From positions 1-58,478 of the forward strand of contig MGKV01000008.1 of assembly GCA_001795795.1 (NCBI GenBank): a stretch of DNA of 58,478 nt, written 5' to 3'. This document shows positions 50,186 to 58,478 of this stretch, in pieces. How positions within the stretch are numbered: position 1 is the first letter of the stretch; each line of letters opens with the position of its first letter. Source of the DNA: Candidatus Yanofskybacteria bacterium RIFCSPLOWO2_02_FULL_45_18. GTDB lineage: Bacteria > Patescibacteriota > Minisyncoccia > 2-02-FULL-40-12 > GWA2-44-9. The notes below the pieces were generated by a model. The model did no database searches and was not told where the DNA came from. It saw nothing but the letters and a program-made list of their open reading frames with translations. A program made the position numbers and the translations under genes.

Positions 50186-50845
50186 CTAATTGAATTTAAT
50201 AGAGTTCACAATAGACCGAAAGTCGGATAAATATTGAGAGTAATCATCAATCTGTACCGACTGGCCGTAAGGAGGTGATTCGCTGTAGCTTCTAAAAACA
50301 AAATAAACCATAGTGCCTTTATCGGCGACAGCGTAGTAATAATCAGTGTACGCATTCGGAGCAACTGATTTTACAAATGTAGCAGAATATCCGTTGATTG
50401 TAATCTGTTTATCTTCTGCAAATGTTCCACCGCCAATAATTGTGCCGAGCCATTCTCTGGGAGTTTGATTTGTCTTGTGCGCGCTAAATCCAGCTAACGA
50501 CAAAGAATCATTACCATATTTCTGTTTGTAATACGCTATGGCAGCAGCTGGAGCCAAGTTAATGCAATCAGTACCTCCCATATCGGAACAGCTGTGATTT
50601 TGAATAACCCAACTCTTTGGATAGCTCACGCTAAACCCAGTGCCTTTGTAATTTTGAGTCGTAGAAGTTACCGGCGTAGGAGTAGGTATCGGAGATACAG
50701 GAGTTTTTGTTTGAGTAGGGGTTGGTGTTGGTTGTTGAGCAACTTCTGGAGATTTCTTCACCAAGAAAAAATAACCTGCAACGCCAGCAAGTATCACGAC
50801 CAAAACTACGACCAAAATTATATTCGCAAAACCTTTCTGATTCAT
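50186..50845 (-). CDS. N-terminally anchored surface protein with Pro/Thr linker
   Basis: MNQKG-FANIILVVVLVVILAGVAGYFF leader, then a PTPTPTQTKTPVSPIPTPTP linker and a globular domain. Confidence 0.55.
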   Translation of the reverse strand: MNQKGFANIILVVVLVVILAGVAGYFFLVKKSPEVAQQPTPTPTQTKTPVSPIPTPTPVTSTTQNYKGTGFSVSYPKSWVIQNHSCSDMGGTDCINLAPAAAIAYYKQKYGNDSLSLAGFSAHKTNQTPREWLGTIIGGGTFAEDKQITINGYSATFVKSVAPNAYTDYYYAVADKGTMVYFVFRSYSESPPYGQSVQIDDYSQYLSDFRSIVNSIKFN

Positions 50846-50917
50846 ACGGCAAGCGCTAAGAGTTTAAATTTTTATACTCCCCCATCTTACTCCCCCCCTA
50901 AATATGGCAAGGGCGAG

Positions 50918-50926
50918 TTATCCACA
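50918..50926 (+). promoter_or_regulatory. Isolated perfect DnaA-box consensus in a divergent intergenic region
   Basis: TTATCCACA, 73 nt from the start at 50845 and 144 nt from the start at 51070. I could not place an adjacent -35/-10 convincingly. Confidence 0.3.
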
Positions 50927-51069
50927 CTTCGTGCTACTGCGCTCAGTATTTTGTACATTCAGCCTGCTGGCTTCAGTATTTCCTTATTCTCATTCGGTCA
51001 TTGCCTGCGCTCCTCAACAGTCTAGGAGTGCAGGTAGATTCCAAAGAGAGAAACTGCTAGAATAAACAA

Positions 51070-51417
51070 ATGGCAATTACCATCATCAAAGAACCAATAA
51101 CTCGATTCCACCTAAGACAAATTGCGCAGGAGAGATTCGGCGACTTGGTGAAAGTGGCCGTAGATATTGAGCAAGAGATTATGGCTTTGGGCGGAGAACT
51201 TCATATTGACGAAGAGGTTTTTTTGATTGAAGAAGCGGGGTCAAAAGGTGAGAACGTCTGGGGCATCAACCTTTATCCGGACGAGAAAGGCGAGAATTTT
51301 ATTGAGTTTGATTCAATGATCAATATAAAGCCGAATTTTGGCAATCGGACTCGCGGGGTGGATAATAATAAAATCAAAAACAAGATAACGGACATCGTAA
51401 ATAAATTAATAAAATGA
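51070..51417 (+). CDS. Hypothetical protein (DUF5674-like, from memory)
   Basis: 115 aa. ATGA overlap with the next ORF. Confidence 0.45.
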   Translation: MAITIIKEPITRFHLRQIAQERFGDLVKVAVDIEQEIMALGGELHIDEEVFLIEEAGSKGENVWGINLYPDEKGENFIEFDSMINIKPNFGNRTRGVDNNKIKNKITDIVNKLIK

Positions 51418-51746
51418 CCACGCAATTTTTGCACAAAGAACTTGCCGATGGCCGATGGCAGAAGATGTTACTGATGGAACAGCTTGGCAATATCGGCAGT
51501 GAGGTGGGGCGGGCCAGAATTTATCAGGAGAAATGTGATGAAGAAAGAATGCAAAAGGCATTTGAGCGGGGCCTTGAGCTTTTTGATCTGACACTTAATG
51601 ATCCGCGCTGGCGCGGACGGCTTCTGGAGATCGGCCGCGCGCGGGATGTATTCTGCGATGCAGTATTGGGTGGTAAGGAGTACAAAAGTGACCTAGCAGG
51701 CCTGGAAAAATATTTAATGCAATTTGCGATTGCCGCGCGAAGATAA
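51414..51746 (+). CDS. Hypothetical helical protein
   Basis: 110 aa. EQLGNIGSEVGRA...ELFDLTLNDPRW...LEIGRARDVF. Probably a helical bundle. No named family recognised. Confidence 0.45.
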   Translation: MTTQFLHKELADGRWQKMLLMEQLGNIGSEVGRARIYQEKCDEERMQKAFERGLELFDLTLNDPRWRGRLLEIGRARDVFCDAVLGGKEYKSDLAGLEKYLMQFAIAARR

Positions 51747-51792
51747 CTTCCCCCAAAACCGCACTAAAACATAAGGCCGAGCCTTGTATTGA

Positions 51793-51820
51793 CCTAAAAC
51801 CGCCGAGAGGCGGTTTTAGG
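51793..51820. terminator. Bidirectional terminator between convergent genes
   Basis: CCTAAAACCGCC-GAGA-GGCGGTTTTAGG, a perfect 12-bp stem. Confidence 0.65.
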
Positions 51821-51841
51821 TACGTTTCACTCTCTAACATC

Positions 51842-52561
51842 CTACTCCTTCTTCGCCGCTTCCTTGGCAGGAACAGGAGCTTTGGCTTCGCCTTCCTCGC
51901 CTTCGGCGGCAACTTCCTCTTCTTTTTCGCGCTTAATAACCTCAACTTCAGCGGCTTCAACCGGAGCTTCAAGCGAGGCCTTAAGTTCTTCTTCGGAAAT
52001 TGGTTCCTGTATGGTGGCGATAATTTCGTTTTCTTCGCCCAATACTTTAACGCCGGATATGGCGGGGATGTCTTTCAATAGCACCTGATCGCCGAAATTA
52101 ATCAGCCGCGAGATGTCTATTTTTATTTCATGCGGCAAGTCCTGCGGCAGGGCCTCCACTTCCAGCTCGTTAACGTTGCGGACAAAGATACCCTGTAGCT
52201 CTTTGATCGCCGGCGCTTCACCGATGAATTCCACCGGAACTTTGGCTTTAATTTTTTCGGAAAGATTTACTTTATAAAAGTCAGCATGGAGAATATTGTC
52301 CCGAACCGGGTCACGGGATACGTCATGGATAATGGTCGGATAAGCGTTACCGGCGACATTTAAGTAAATAAGGGACGACTCTCCCGCCATTTTCAAGACC
52401 TTTTCAAAATCCTTAACAGGCATTTGTAGCGGCATGGTCTCAATGCCCTTGCCATATAAAACCGCCGGAATCAAACCGGAAACGCGAAGATGCCTGACCT
52501 TGCCCCCCAATATTTCACGGGGTTGGGCGGAAAGTTCAATTTTTTGCGCTTTAGTTACCAT
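51842..52561 (-). CDS. ctc: 50S ribosomal protein L25/general stress protein Ctc
   Basis: Start set at MVTKAQKIELSAQPREILGGKVRHLRVSGLIPAVLYGKG. Acidic C-terminal tail. Confidence 0.9.
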   Translation of the reverse strand: MVTKAQKIELSAQPREILGGKVRHLRVSGLIPAVLYGKGIETMPLQMPVKDFEKVLKMAGESSLIYLNVAGNAYPTIIHDVSRDPVRDNILHADFYKVNLSEKIKAKVPVEFIGEAPAIKELQGIFVRNVNELEVEALPQDLPHEIKIDISRLINFGDQVLLKDIPAISGVKVLGEENEIIATIQEPISEEELKASLEAPVEAAEVEVIKREKEEEVAAEGEEGEAKAPVPAKEAAKKE

Positions 52562-52630
52562 AACAATGTTAGAAATAATATCTAAAACCAAGCTAAAAGT
52601 CAAACCTGCTTTGCCACATCCCCTTGCTAG

Positions 52631-53485
52631 TTAATGTCCCATGAAGAGTGTGGTTTTTTGGATGACAAGTTGTTTAACAGCTTCAGCCGCTGGAGCGAGA
52701 TATTTGTAGGGAGCGGCTTCGGACGGTTTTTCGTGAAGGGCTTTGTCCACCGCTTCTTTATACGCCACACGAAGCTCGGTATTGTAATGAACATTGACAA
52801 TACCAGCTTTAATCGCGGCGCTAACATCGCCATCAGACAGGCCCGAAGCGCCGTGGAGAACCAGAAAGACATCTGGCGCGGCCTTTGCTATTTTTTTAAG
52901 ATGCCCCAAGTCCAGTTTTTCTTTTTGTTCGGTGACAATACCGTGGATATTGCCGGAAACAACAGCCAGACGGTCAACAAGGGTCTGCGTCACAAAATCG
53001 GCCGCTTCCTGCGGATCGGTATAATCGGCGGATGAGATTTCAATTTTCCGTTGAACCTCGGATGCACCCCGCAGATATCCCAATTCCCCCTCCACCGAAA
53101 TGTTGCTCTTCAGCTTTGCGTAATCCCACGTTTTTTTGGTTATCGCGATGTTGTCTTCATGCGACAATCTTGAGCCGTCTATTAAAATGGAGTCGTATCC
53201 TGTGTCAATGGCTTCTTTGCATTTTTCAAAACTTTTGAAGTGATCGGCATTGAGGAATACGGGAAATTGAAGATCGTTGCTCACGGCTTTTACCATAGCC
53301 ACCGCTTCCTTCATCCCGATAAAATCCGCTTCGCCTTCGGATGTGCCGACCATCACGCATGGCGCGCCGGCTTCTTTCGAACCCTTAACAATCGCTTTTA
53401 GCACGTCTGCGGCGGCGAAATTAAAATGGCCGATGGCGTATTTTCCGTTTCTTGCTTCTTTTAGGTAATCGTTAAGTGTAGCCAT
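52631..53485 (-). CDS. fba: Class II fructose/ketose-bisphosphate aldolase
   Basis: 284 aa. GKYAIGHFNF, FLNADH, LVLHGASG. Confidence 0.9.
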   Translation of the reverse strand: MATLNDYLKEARNGKYAIGHFNFAAADVLKAIVKGSKEAGAPCVMVGTSEGEADFIGMKEAVAMVKAVSNDLQFPVFLNADHFKSFEKCKEAIDTGYDSILIDGSRLSHEDNIAITKKTWDYAKLKSNISVEGELGYLRGASEVQRKIEISSADYTDPQEAADFVTQTLVDRLAVVSGNIHGIVTEQKEKLDLGHLKKIAKAAPDVFLVLHGASGLSDGDVSAAIKAGIVNVHYNTELRVAYKEAVDKALHEKPSEAAPYKYLAPAAEAVKQLVIQKTTLFMGH

Positions 53486-53557
53486 TAGGACTTAGCCAGT
53501 AGAACTTAGCCATTAGGACTTAGAATGCTCTAATTTCTAGTGGCTAATAAATAGTGG
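53486..53557. repeat. 7-nt-period tandem array making up the entire orf429-fba spacer
   Basis: TAGGACT TAGCCAG TAGAACT TAGCCAT TAGGACT TAGAATG CTCTAAT TTCTAGT GGCTAAT AAATAGT GG. Confidence 0.8.
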
Positions 53558-54847
53558 CTAAAGTTCAATGAAGCCATCAATAATATGTTCCTCAACAAGC
53601 CGGTTCATGGCATCCCGACCCAGATATTCTATAAAAATTTTATTCCACAGCGCCTCCTCTTGGTGGTAGAGGTATTTGACCTCACTTTTCTTGACGAGGG
53701 ACATTATGAGGTCAATTAAGTCAAAGCTGACCAGCTGATCAACACCATCCTTGTTCTTAAAGAAATCGCCAACATGATCGAGGCCGGTCCAGTAACCGAG
53801 ATTCAATTCGCGCTCCTCCTTGACCAGCATCCGCGCCAGCCGGCCCAGATCTTCCTCTGCCTGATACCAGTGTTCAGCTTCGGGGTTTACATGCGGTTCA
53901 AATAAACGGAAATCATTTTCATCATCTTTTGCAAGGTAGCGCTGAATAATGCGCCAAACCGTCTTTTGGCTGTCAGGAAGCGGGCCCCGTGGCACATCTC
54001 CACGCAGGAGCGAGTTGAATTTGGCCGCGAAATCCGTATCGTTCAAAAACTTGCGGAACAGATTAGCATAGAACGGAACTTCGTGCAGGTAATGGAGCAT
54101 CAAAGTAAACATGCGCATAGTTTCGCCGGGGGAGTCTAATTTTAAGGGAATAAGAAAAATGACCCCGTATTCTTTAAGGTGGCTGACGTTATGATATTTT
54201 TTCTCAAGGAATTTTTCCGCTGCCTCAAGCCATTTGTTTTCAAGGACTATCAGTTTGACGCTTCGTTCTTCAAAATCATCTGGTTTTAATGAGAGGTATG
54301 CTTTATCAAAAAATTCATGCATCCATTTTTCATCCTGGGTGAAGCGCAGGCCGCTTACGACTGGTGCGAACCCTTCTTTTTCAACAAGATCGCGGGTGTT
54401 GGAATAGCCAAAATGGTTTAACATGTTGGCGGGAGGGTATTTTTCCAGCAGTTCAGCCACCTTTTCCGGTTTGATGAAAAGGCCCTTCGGCGGCGTGTAA
54501 ATTTTAAGGGCAGTTTCACAGAGTTTAGCGCAGGCGACGGGGCCCTTGGTTAAATCGGGATGACCCAGTAGCTCAAAAAGGTGCTGGTCTATGTGGACAA
54601 GTCGTTCAACCAATGCTTCATAAACATCTTCGGCCTTGGAATTGCGGTCCAATCCCAGATTTAATAATGTCTGGTCAACCAATTTTTCGTTGCCGATCAC
54701 AATATCATCTAAAACCCGCTCCTGGCCGGTAATGGAGCGCATTTTTTTGTCCATTTCCAAAAGGACCTCGGGAGAAGTTCGCAGAATATGGGCTAGTTTG
54801 TAGGCGGCGTCGGTCATAAAAATAGTAGAAAGTGTAAAGTATTTCAT
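53558..54847 (-). CDS. Conserved-looking hypothetical protein, function unknown
   Basis: 429-aa ORF between a PfkB kinase and class II aldolase on the same strand. No motif recognised. Confidence 0.55.
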   Translation of the reverse strand: MKYFTLSTIFMTDAAYKLAHILRTSPEVLLEMDKKMRSITGQERVLDDIVIGNEKLVDQTLLNLGLDRNSKAEDVYEALVERLVHIDQHLFELLGHPDLTKGPVACAKLCETALKIYTPPKGLFIKPEKVAELLEKYPPANMLNHFGYSNTRDLVEKEGFAPVVSGLRFTQDEKWMHEFFDKAYLSLKPDDFEERSVKLIVLENKWLEAAEKFLEKKYHNVSHLKEYGVIFLIPLKLDSPGETMRMFTLMLHYLHEVPFYANLFRKFLNDTDFAAKFNSLLRGDVPRGPLPDSQKTVWRIIQRYLAKDDENDFRLFEPHVNPEAEHWYQAEEDLGRLARMLVKEERELNLGYWTGLDHVGDFFKNKDGVDQLVSFDLIDLIMSLVKKSEVKYLYHQEEALWNKIFIEYLGRDAMNRLVEEHIIDGFIEL

Positions 54848-54886
54848 TCTGATTCCGACTTCTTACTTTTCACTTTGAACTTTTGA
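54848..54886. repeat. 7-nt-period tandem array making up the entire pfkB-orf429 spacer
   Basis: TCTGATT CCGACTT CTTACTT TTCACTT TGAACTT TTGAC. Confidence 0.75.
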
Positions 54887-55882
54887 CTATCTCGTTAATG
54901 TTGAAATCTCAACATTAACGAGTGGCCAGGGACCCCAATCATCTTTCTTCAATATTCCCGCTTTGGCCCCATATTGGGTGACGACTGATGAAGCGTTGGC
55001 CGTTGCGAACTGAATTGCTTTTACGATATCTCCGCTATGGGCGTATTCTACGATAAATCCTGAACTGAAGGCATCGCCAGCCCCAGCTCTCTCAACAATC
55101 GGAGAATCGGGCACGCCTGCGTGATAGATTGTCTTTCCGTCAGATACTGCTACCCCATCATGACCTTTGGTCATAACGAAAATTCCGTCAATCAACTCGT
55201 CCATTTTTTTAAAAATGGCACCCTCGTCTTTATAATCTAATCCTGTTAGTCCTGCCGCTTCTTCCTGATTGGTAATTACGATATTTAACTTCTTAAGTAG
55301 CGGCGCCAATTTGGCAAGCCCATGTTCAAGTTCTTTGCTTCCCGGGTTAGTTGCGATTTTGATGCCCTTGGACGCGGCCCATTCAATGGACTTCTTCAAA
55401 ATTTCAAAATGTCCGCCCAGACTATCCAAAAAAAGCCAATCGGTCTCCAGCGCGTCAAAATCTATTTTATTGACATCAAAATGGTAACCTTCGCCTTTGT
55501 AAGACAAAATGGATCGTTCGCCGTTCGGGTGGACCAAAATTACCGAGTAGGCGGTAAAATCGTCATCGTGTTCTTGTAAATGCGGGTCAATCCCCTCGCG
55601 TTTTAATTCGGCTTCAATCTCTTTGCCGTTCAAATCCCGTCCGACCACTCCGACAAATGCCGTTTTAAGTCCTTGTCGCGCAAAAGTTACTGCGGCGTTA
55701 GTTCCTCCGCCTCCGGCGGTGAATACTATCTTTTTGATTTCCGCTTTTGAACCCAAGCCAAAACACAATCCGGCGCCGGTTTTGAATTTGTCGCTGGCTA
55801 TCGACTGAATCTGGTCGCTGGCGATAAAAACATCGCGCGTAGCCGAGCCAATTGATACAATGCCGTATTTATCGTTTTTCAA
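54887..55882 (-). CDS. PfkB/ribokinase-family carbohydrate (sugar-phosphate) kinase
   Basis: GGGGTNAAVTF and GAGDAFSSGF signatures. Confidence 0.85.
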   Translation of the reverse strand: MKNDKYGIVSIGSATRDVFIASDQIQSIASDKFKTGAGLCFGLGSKAEIKKIVFTAGGGGTNAAVTFARQGLKTAFVGVVGRDLNGKEIEAELKREGIDPHLQEHDDDFTAYSVILVHPNGERSILSYKGEGYHFDVNKIDFDALETDWLFLDSLGGHFEILKKSIEWAASKGIKIATNPGSKELEHGLAKLAPLLKKLNIVITNQEEAAGLTGLDYKDEGAIFKKMDELIDGIFVMTKGHDGVAVSDGKTIYHAGVPDSPIVERAGAGDAFSSGFIVEYAHSGDIVKAIQFATANASSVVTQYGAKAGILKKDDWGPWPLVNVEISTLTR

Positions 55883-55893
55883 TCTATATAATT

Positions 55894-58478
55894 TTATTCT
55901 CTTTCGGGGCGTAACTCAAATTCCATATATGCCGCGGTATGACCCAGCCAATCAGGAATCTTTTCTTTTAATTCAAAGCCCAAGCGGGCTAGGATTCTAT
56001 TTAATCTGGGGTTGATGCCGTGCATTGAAATTTTGCGATAGCCGGCTTCTCGGGCTTTTTGTTTCAGGATATTCAGAAGCTGAAAAGGATCAGTTTTGCC
56101 CGCGACCGACTCCACATACAAGACATCACTGCTTCCGTCGTAGCTGTCGTGCCTTACATTCGGGATGAATGTGTCGGCGGGCCGAGAAGAAAGATAGCCG
56201 ACGATTTTACCGTTTTCTTTAATCAAAAACTGAACTCCCAGTGTATTGGCGAGGGTGTCCAGAACCTCCTCTATCGGTTGAGCCGATGTTCCGAATTTCT
56301 TATTCTCTACTTCCTCAATCTGGTCAAGGTCATTCTGATTGAGAATACTGCTTCTTCCGGAAACAATTTCATCCACCAACTCTTGAGTCAGAGGCAGGGA
56401 TGAAACCCGCCCGTCAAGTTCTATGATGTTTAAAGATCCGAAACGGGGAATCTCCAACGGGGGCGGAAGATTTGTTTCTTTCTCTGCTTCTCTCGCGAAA
56501 TATTCCGGCAAAATCCCTCCCAGCCGGTTATGATTATATGCCTCAAAGTAATATCGGCCTGTCCGTCCCCCGATGTCCGAGGTATATTCCTTTAAGTATC
56601 CGGAAATTGAGTCAACTGGCGGGACATTCATTCGCGGCAGGTCGTCATACGGAATATCATTAGTGAAAACTAATCCCAGTCCGGCTCCAGCTAGACCAAT
56701 ATCTTTGGAAAATTGAGCGAGGAACCGGAAGAGATTTTCACGAATAACTCTTTTGATATGCGGATCGGCCGTGTAATCTTTATGAATTTCAACATTGTCG
56801 ATTACCAGAATCGGTTCGCCCAGCTCGTTTTTAGATATGAAAAGCCAAGCATTGCCGATGGGATTTCGCCATTCCTGGTCATATATCTCCGCTACATTAA
56901 TTCCCGTATCAGCCAGAAATTGCATTACTGTTGATGGGTCATGAGTGGTCAACCCGCCTTCGGGCGGAGCATCCTTGACTCCGACAGCAATACAGCATTG
57001 GGAGTAATTTCCCTCAAAGAGGTCTTTCTTTGGATCGCGGTCCCAAAGCTTTATCCTAAATCCCTTTTCCCGAGATTCCGTTTTTTTGTCAGCCGTATTA
57101 TCTAGAAGATTAACCGCTTCCCGAAGATGGCCCATGTATTCATAGACGGTGTCCCAAGCCGGTTGCCATGTTGTTTTTGAATATTCAGATTCAAGTTTTT
57201 GTTCTAGCTTGTTTTTTATGGTTGTCAACCTTTCCTCCAGAGTTTGAAGTTTTGTTTTTAGCTCCTGCCCTTCCAGACTTTTAATTCCCTTTTTGTGGCC
57301 AGAACCGGTCAGGAGATGGGTCAAGGGTTCGTATTCGCGGTTGGTCAGAATTTCTTTCAATGGCGCGATTGCGTTGAGAACCCCCTGGGCTGTTTCGGCC
57401 AGGGTTTTAAGGTGGTCTGCCCGGCGGTCAACCTTGACTTCGGCGGAAACTAGAAAGTCGGTTGTTCCTTTGTAATCTAACCAACCTTCGTAGTTAATGC
57501 TATTTTTGAGAAAGACATCCCGAACTGCCTTATTATGCCGAGCGACATCGCGTCCGGTTTGATCTTCTTGGTTTGGATTAGAGATGAAATCTCTGAATTT
57601 ATTTCGGAAAGTTGCTTTTAGGATTGCCCGGTAAAGTTCGCGGGCGGCATCCATTCCTCTGGCCTCCATCATCTGGTCGTTAGACACCAGATTGGGCAGA
57701 AATTCAGTTCTCCAAGCGGAAAGATCGTCATCCGAAATCTCGTCTTCCGAAATGCCCACCTCTCCGGCTATCAGAGCCAGAAGCTTTCGGGATGCTTTGG
57801 AGATTATCTGGCCGCCTTTTTCTACTATTTCCCGCAGGGCATCCAGCTTTTTGAATTTAAGGTAAGCGTTGGCAATCTCAAGGAATTTACCTAAATCAGG
57901 AGGATTTTTGAAATGGCCGGCGTCAAGGACCTTTTTTGTTATATCGAAGGATGCGGGGTCGCTAACAGGATTTTTCCAGACGCTAATGTGTCCATTAAGA
58001 GCGGGGATGCCGCCAGCTAACCGATCTCTGATTAAGGCCGGAGCCAGCGTATTGTTCAAGGCCAGGAATGAACCAAAAAATTCTGCTTGGTCCTGCCACC
58101 ATTTTGAAGGGTCATTAATCCTTTTTGTTTCATCAGTAATTGTCTCATTGATTTTCAGCCCCGTTTCGCGCAGAGAGAGAAAGGTTTGGTAGGACCCAGT
58201 TTCTTTATGGAAATCAAGTAGAGATTGGCCGTTTCTTAAAAGAGATGCGATATTTGAGACGGCAAATTGATGATTTTCTGACGGCAGACCCCGAATGTGT
58301 TTTGAGATTCGGAGATATTGGTTATTTTTGAAATCTATTTTTCCCAGCTCGGCCATTTTGACCAAAAGCAAGGCGTAATCACCCCACCGCCCGTTATTGG
58401 CGCATCTCTCCAATCCTTGCGCTAACTGTTGGCCGGTATTGTCCGGAAGTTTTTTCCCCAGCTCGGCCATTTTGACCA
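55894..58478 (-). CDS. Large multidomain protein with C-terminal GNAT acetyltransferase domain; 5' end probably beyond the window
   Basis: At least 858 aa. The C-terminus (VGYLSSRP...LYVESVAG...KAREAGYRKISMHGINPRLNRILARLGFE) is GNAT-like. The central block with NYSQCCIAVG is unrecognised. The 22-nt repeat TGGTCAAAATGGCCGAGCTGGG at the window edge implies the ORF continues upstream. Confidence 0.6.
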   Translation of the reverse strand, partial: VKMAELGKKLPDNTGQQLAQGLERCANNGRWGDYALLLVKMAELGKIDFKNNQYLRISKHIRGLPSENHQFAVSNIASLLRNGQSLLDFHKETGSYQTFLSLRETGLKINETITDETKRINDPSKWWQDQAEFFGSFLALNNTLAPALIRDRLAGGIPALNGHISVWKNPVSDPASFDITKKVLDAGHFKNPPDLGKFLEIANAYLKFKKLDALREIVEKGGQIISKASRKLLALIAGEVGISEDEISDDDLSAWRTEFLPNLVSNDQMMEARGMDAARELYRAILKATFRNKFRDFISNPNQEDQTGRDVARHNKAVRDVFLKNSINYEGWLDYKGTTDFLVSAEVKVDRRADHLKTLAETAQGVLNAIAPLKEILTNREYEPLTHLLTGSGHKKGIKSLEGQELKTKLQTLEERLTTIKNKLEQKLESEYSKTTWQPAWDTVYEYMGHLREAVNLLDNTADKKTESREKGFRIKLWDRDPKKDLFEGNYSQCCIAVGVKDAPPEGGLTTHDPSTVMQFLADTGINVAEIYDQEWRNPIGNAWLFISKNELGEPILVIDNVEIHKDYTADPHIKRVIRENLFRFLAQFSKDIGLAGAGLGLVFTNDIPYDDLPRMNVPPVDSISGYLKEYTSDIGGRTGRYYFEAYNHNRLGGILPEYFAREAEKETNLPPPLEIPRFGSLNIIELDGRVSSLPLTQELVDEIVSGRSSILNQNDLDQIEEVENKKFGTSAQPIEEVLDTLANTLGVQFLIKENGKIVGYLSSRPADTFIPNVRHDSYDGSSDVLYVESVAGKTDPFQLLNILKQKAREAGYRKISMHGINPRLNRILARLGFELKEKIPDWLGHTAAYMEFELRPERE

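Noticed and set aside
53486-53557. CRISPR array or CRISPR remnant (regular short repeats here, at 13403..13465 and elsewhere, and the hairpin repeats at 22648/23311 next to a Cas2-fold protein).
   Set aside because: The period is 7 nt with no unique spacers. The 37-bp repeats occur only twice, 626 bp apart, with a whole gene between them. There are no cas1 or effector genes. The Cas2-like fold belongs to a PaaX-type regulator with a winged-helix domain.

Overview
This 58.5-kb chromosomal segment reads like a small-genome Patescibacteria/CPR (Parcubacteria-like) bacterium. That placement is an inference from gene content: trimmed housekeeping proteins, phosphoketolase plus acetate kinase, ThyX, and many surface proteins with K/R-G-F/I N-terminal leaders. 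TGA closes conserved genes, so the code is standard. I call about 55 protein genes. Most are housekeeping: dnaE, thrS, miaA, gatB, secE-nusG-rplK, gyrB, pheS, ddl, glyQS, recO, ileS, mpg, htrA, smpB, xfp-ackA, pyrH, type II glutamine synthetase, rpmE, prfA-like, ctc, fba and a PfkB kinase. There are two tRNAs (Asp-GTC and an initiator-like Met-CAT) and two islands of secreted or surface proteins (about 22.6-26.9 kb and 28.2-32.7 kb). I saw no CRISPR array, transposase, integrase, reverse transcriptase or recognisable defence operon. The most unusual observations are: (1) ileS carries an apparently catalytically intact histidine-phosphatase (PGAM-type) domain inserted between its two CxxC zinc-knuckle halves. 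(2) A dispersed family of 7-nt-period tandem arrays occurs at 15 or more loci. Some are in-frame insertions in essential genes (thrS, miaA, gatB, gyrB, ileS) and some make up whole intercistronic spacers. (3) A DnaA-box-like 9-mer (TTATCCACA and one-mismatch variants) sits in one orientation 0-11 nt upstream of the -35 of at least five predicted promoters. (4) Several core proteins have lost or gained domains: a single-chain mitochondrial-type PheRS, a Lon with no protease domain, an RF1 with no domain 1, a ThrRS with no TGS domain and a double-length ThyX. (5) There is evidence of recent local rearrangement: a LamG surface-protein cassette bracketed by identical 53-bp repeats of the ileS 3' end, a duplicated promoter-leader-anchor module, a small regulator gene flanked by 37-bp hairpin repeats, and a roughly 120-bp repeat splitting secE from nusG. 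All family assignments come from motif recognition by eye; no database search was run.
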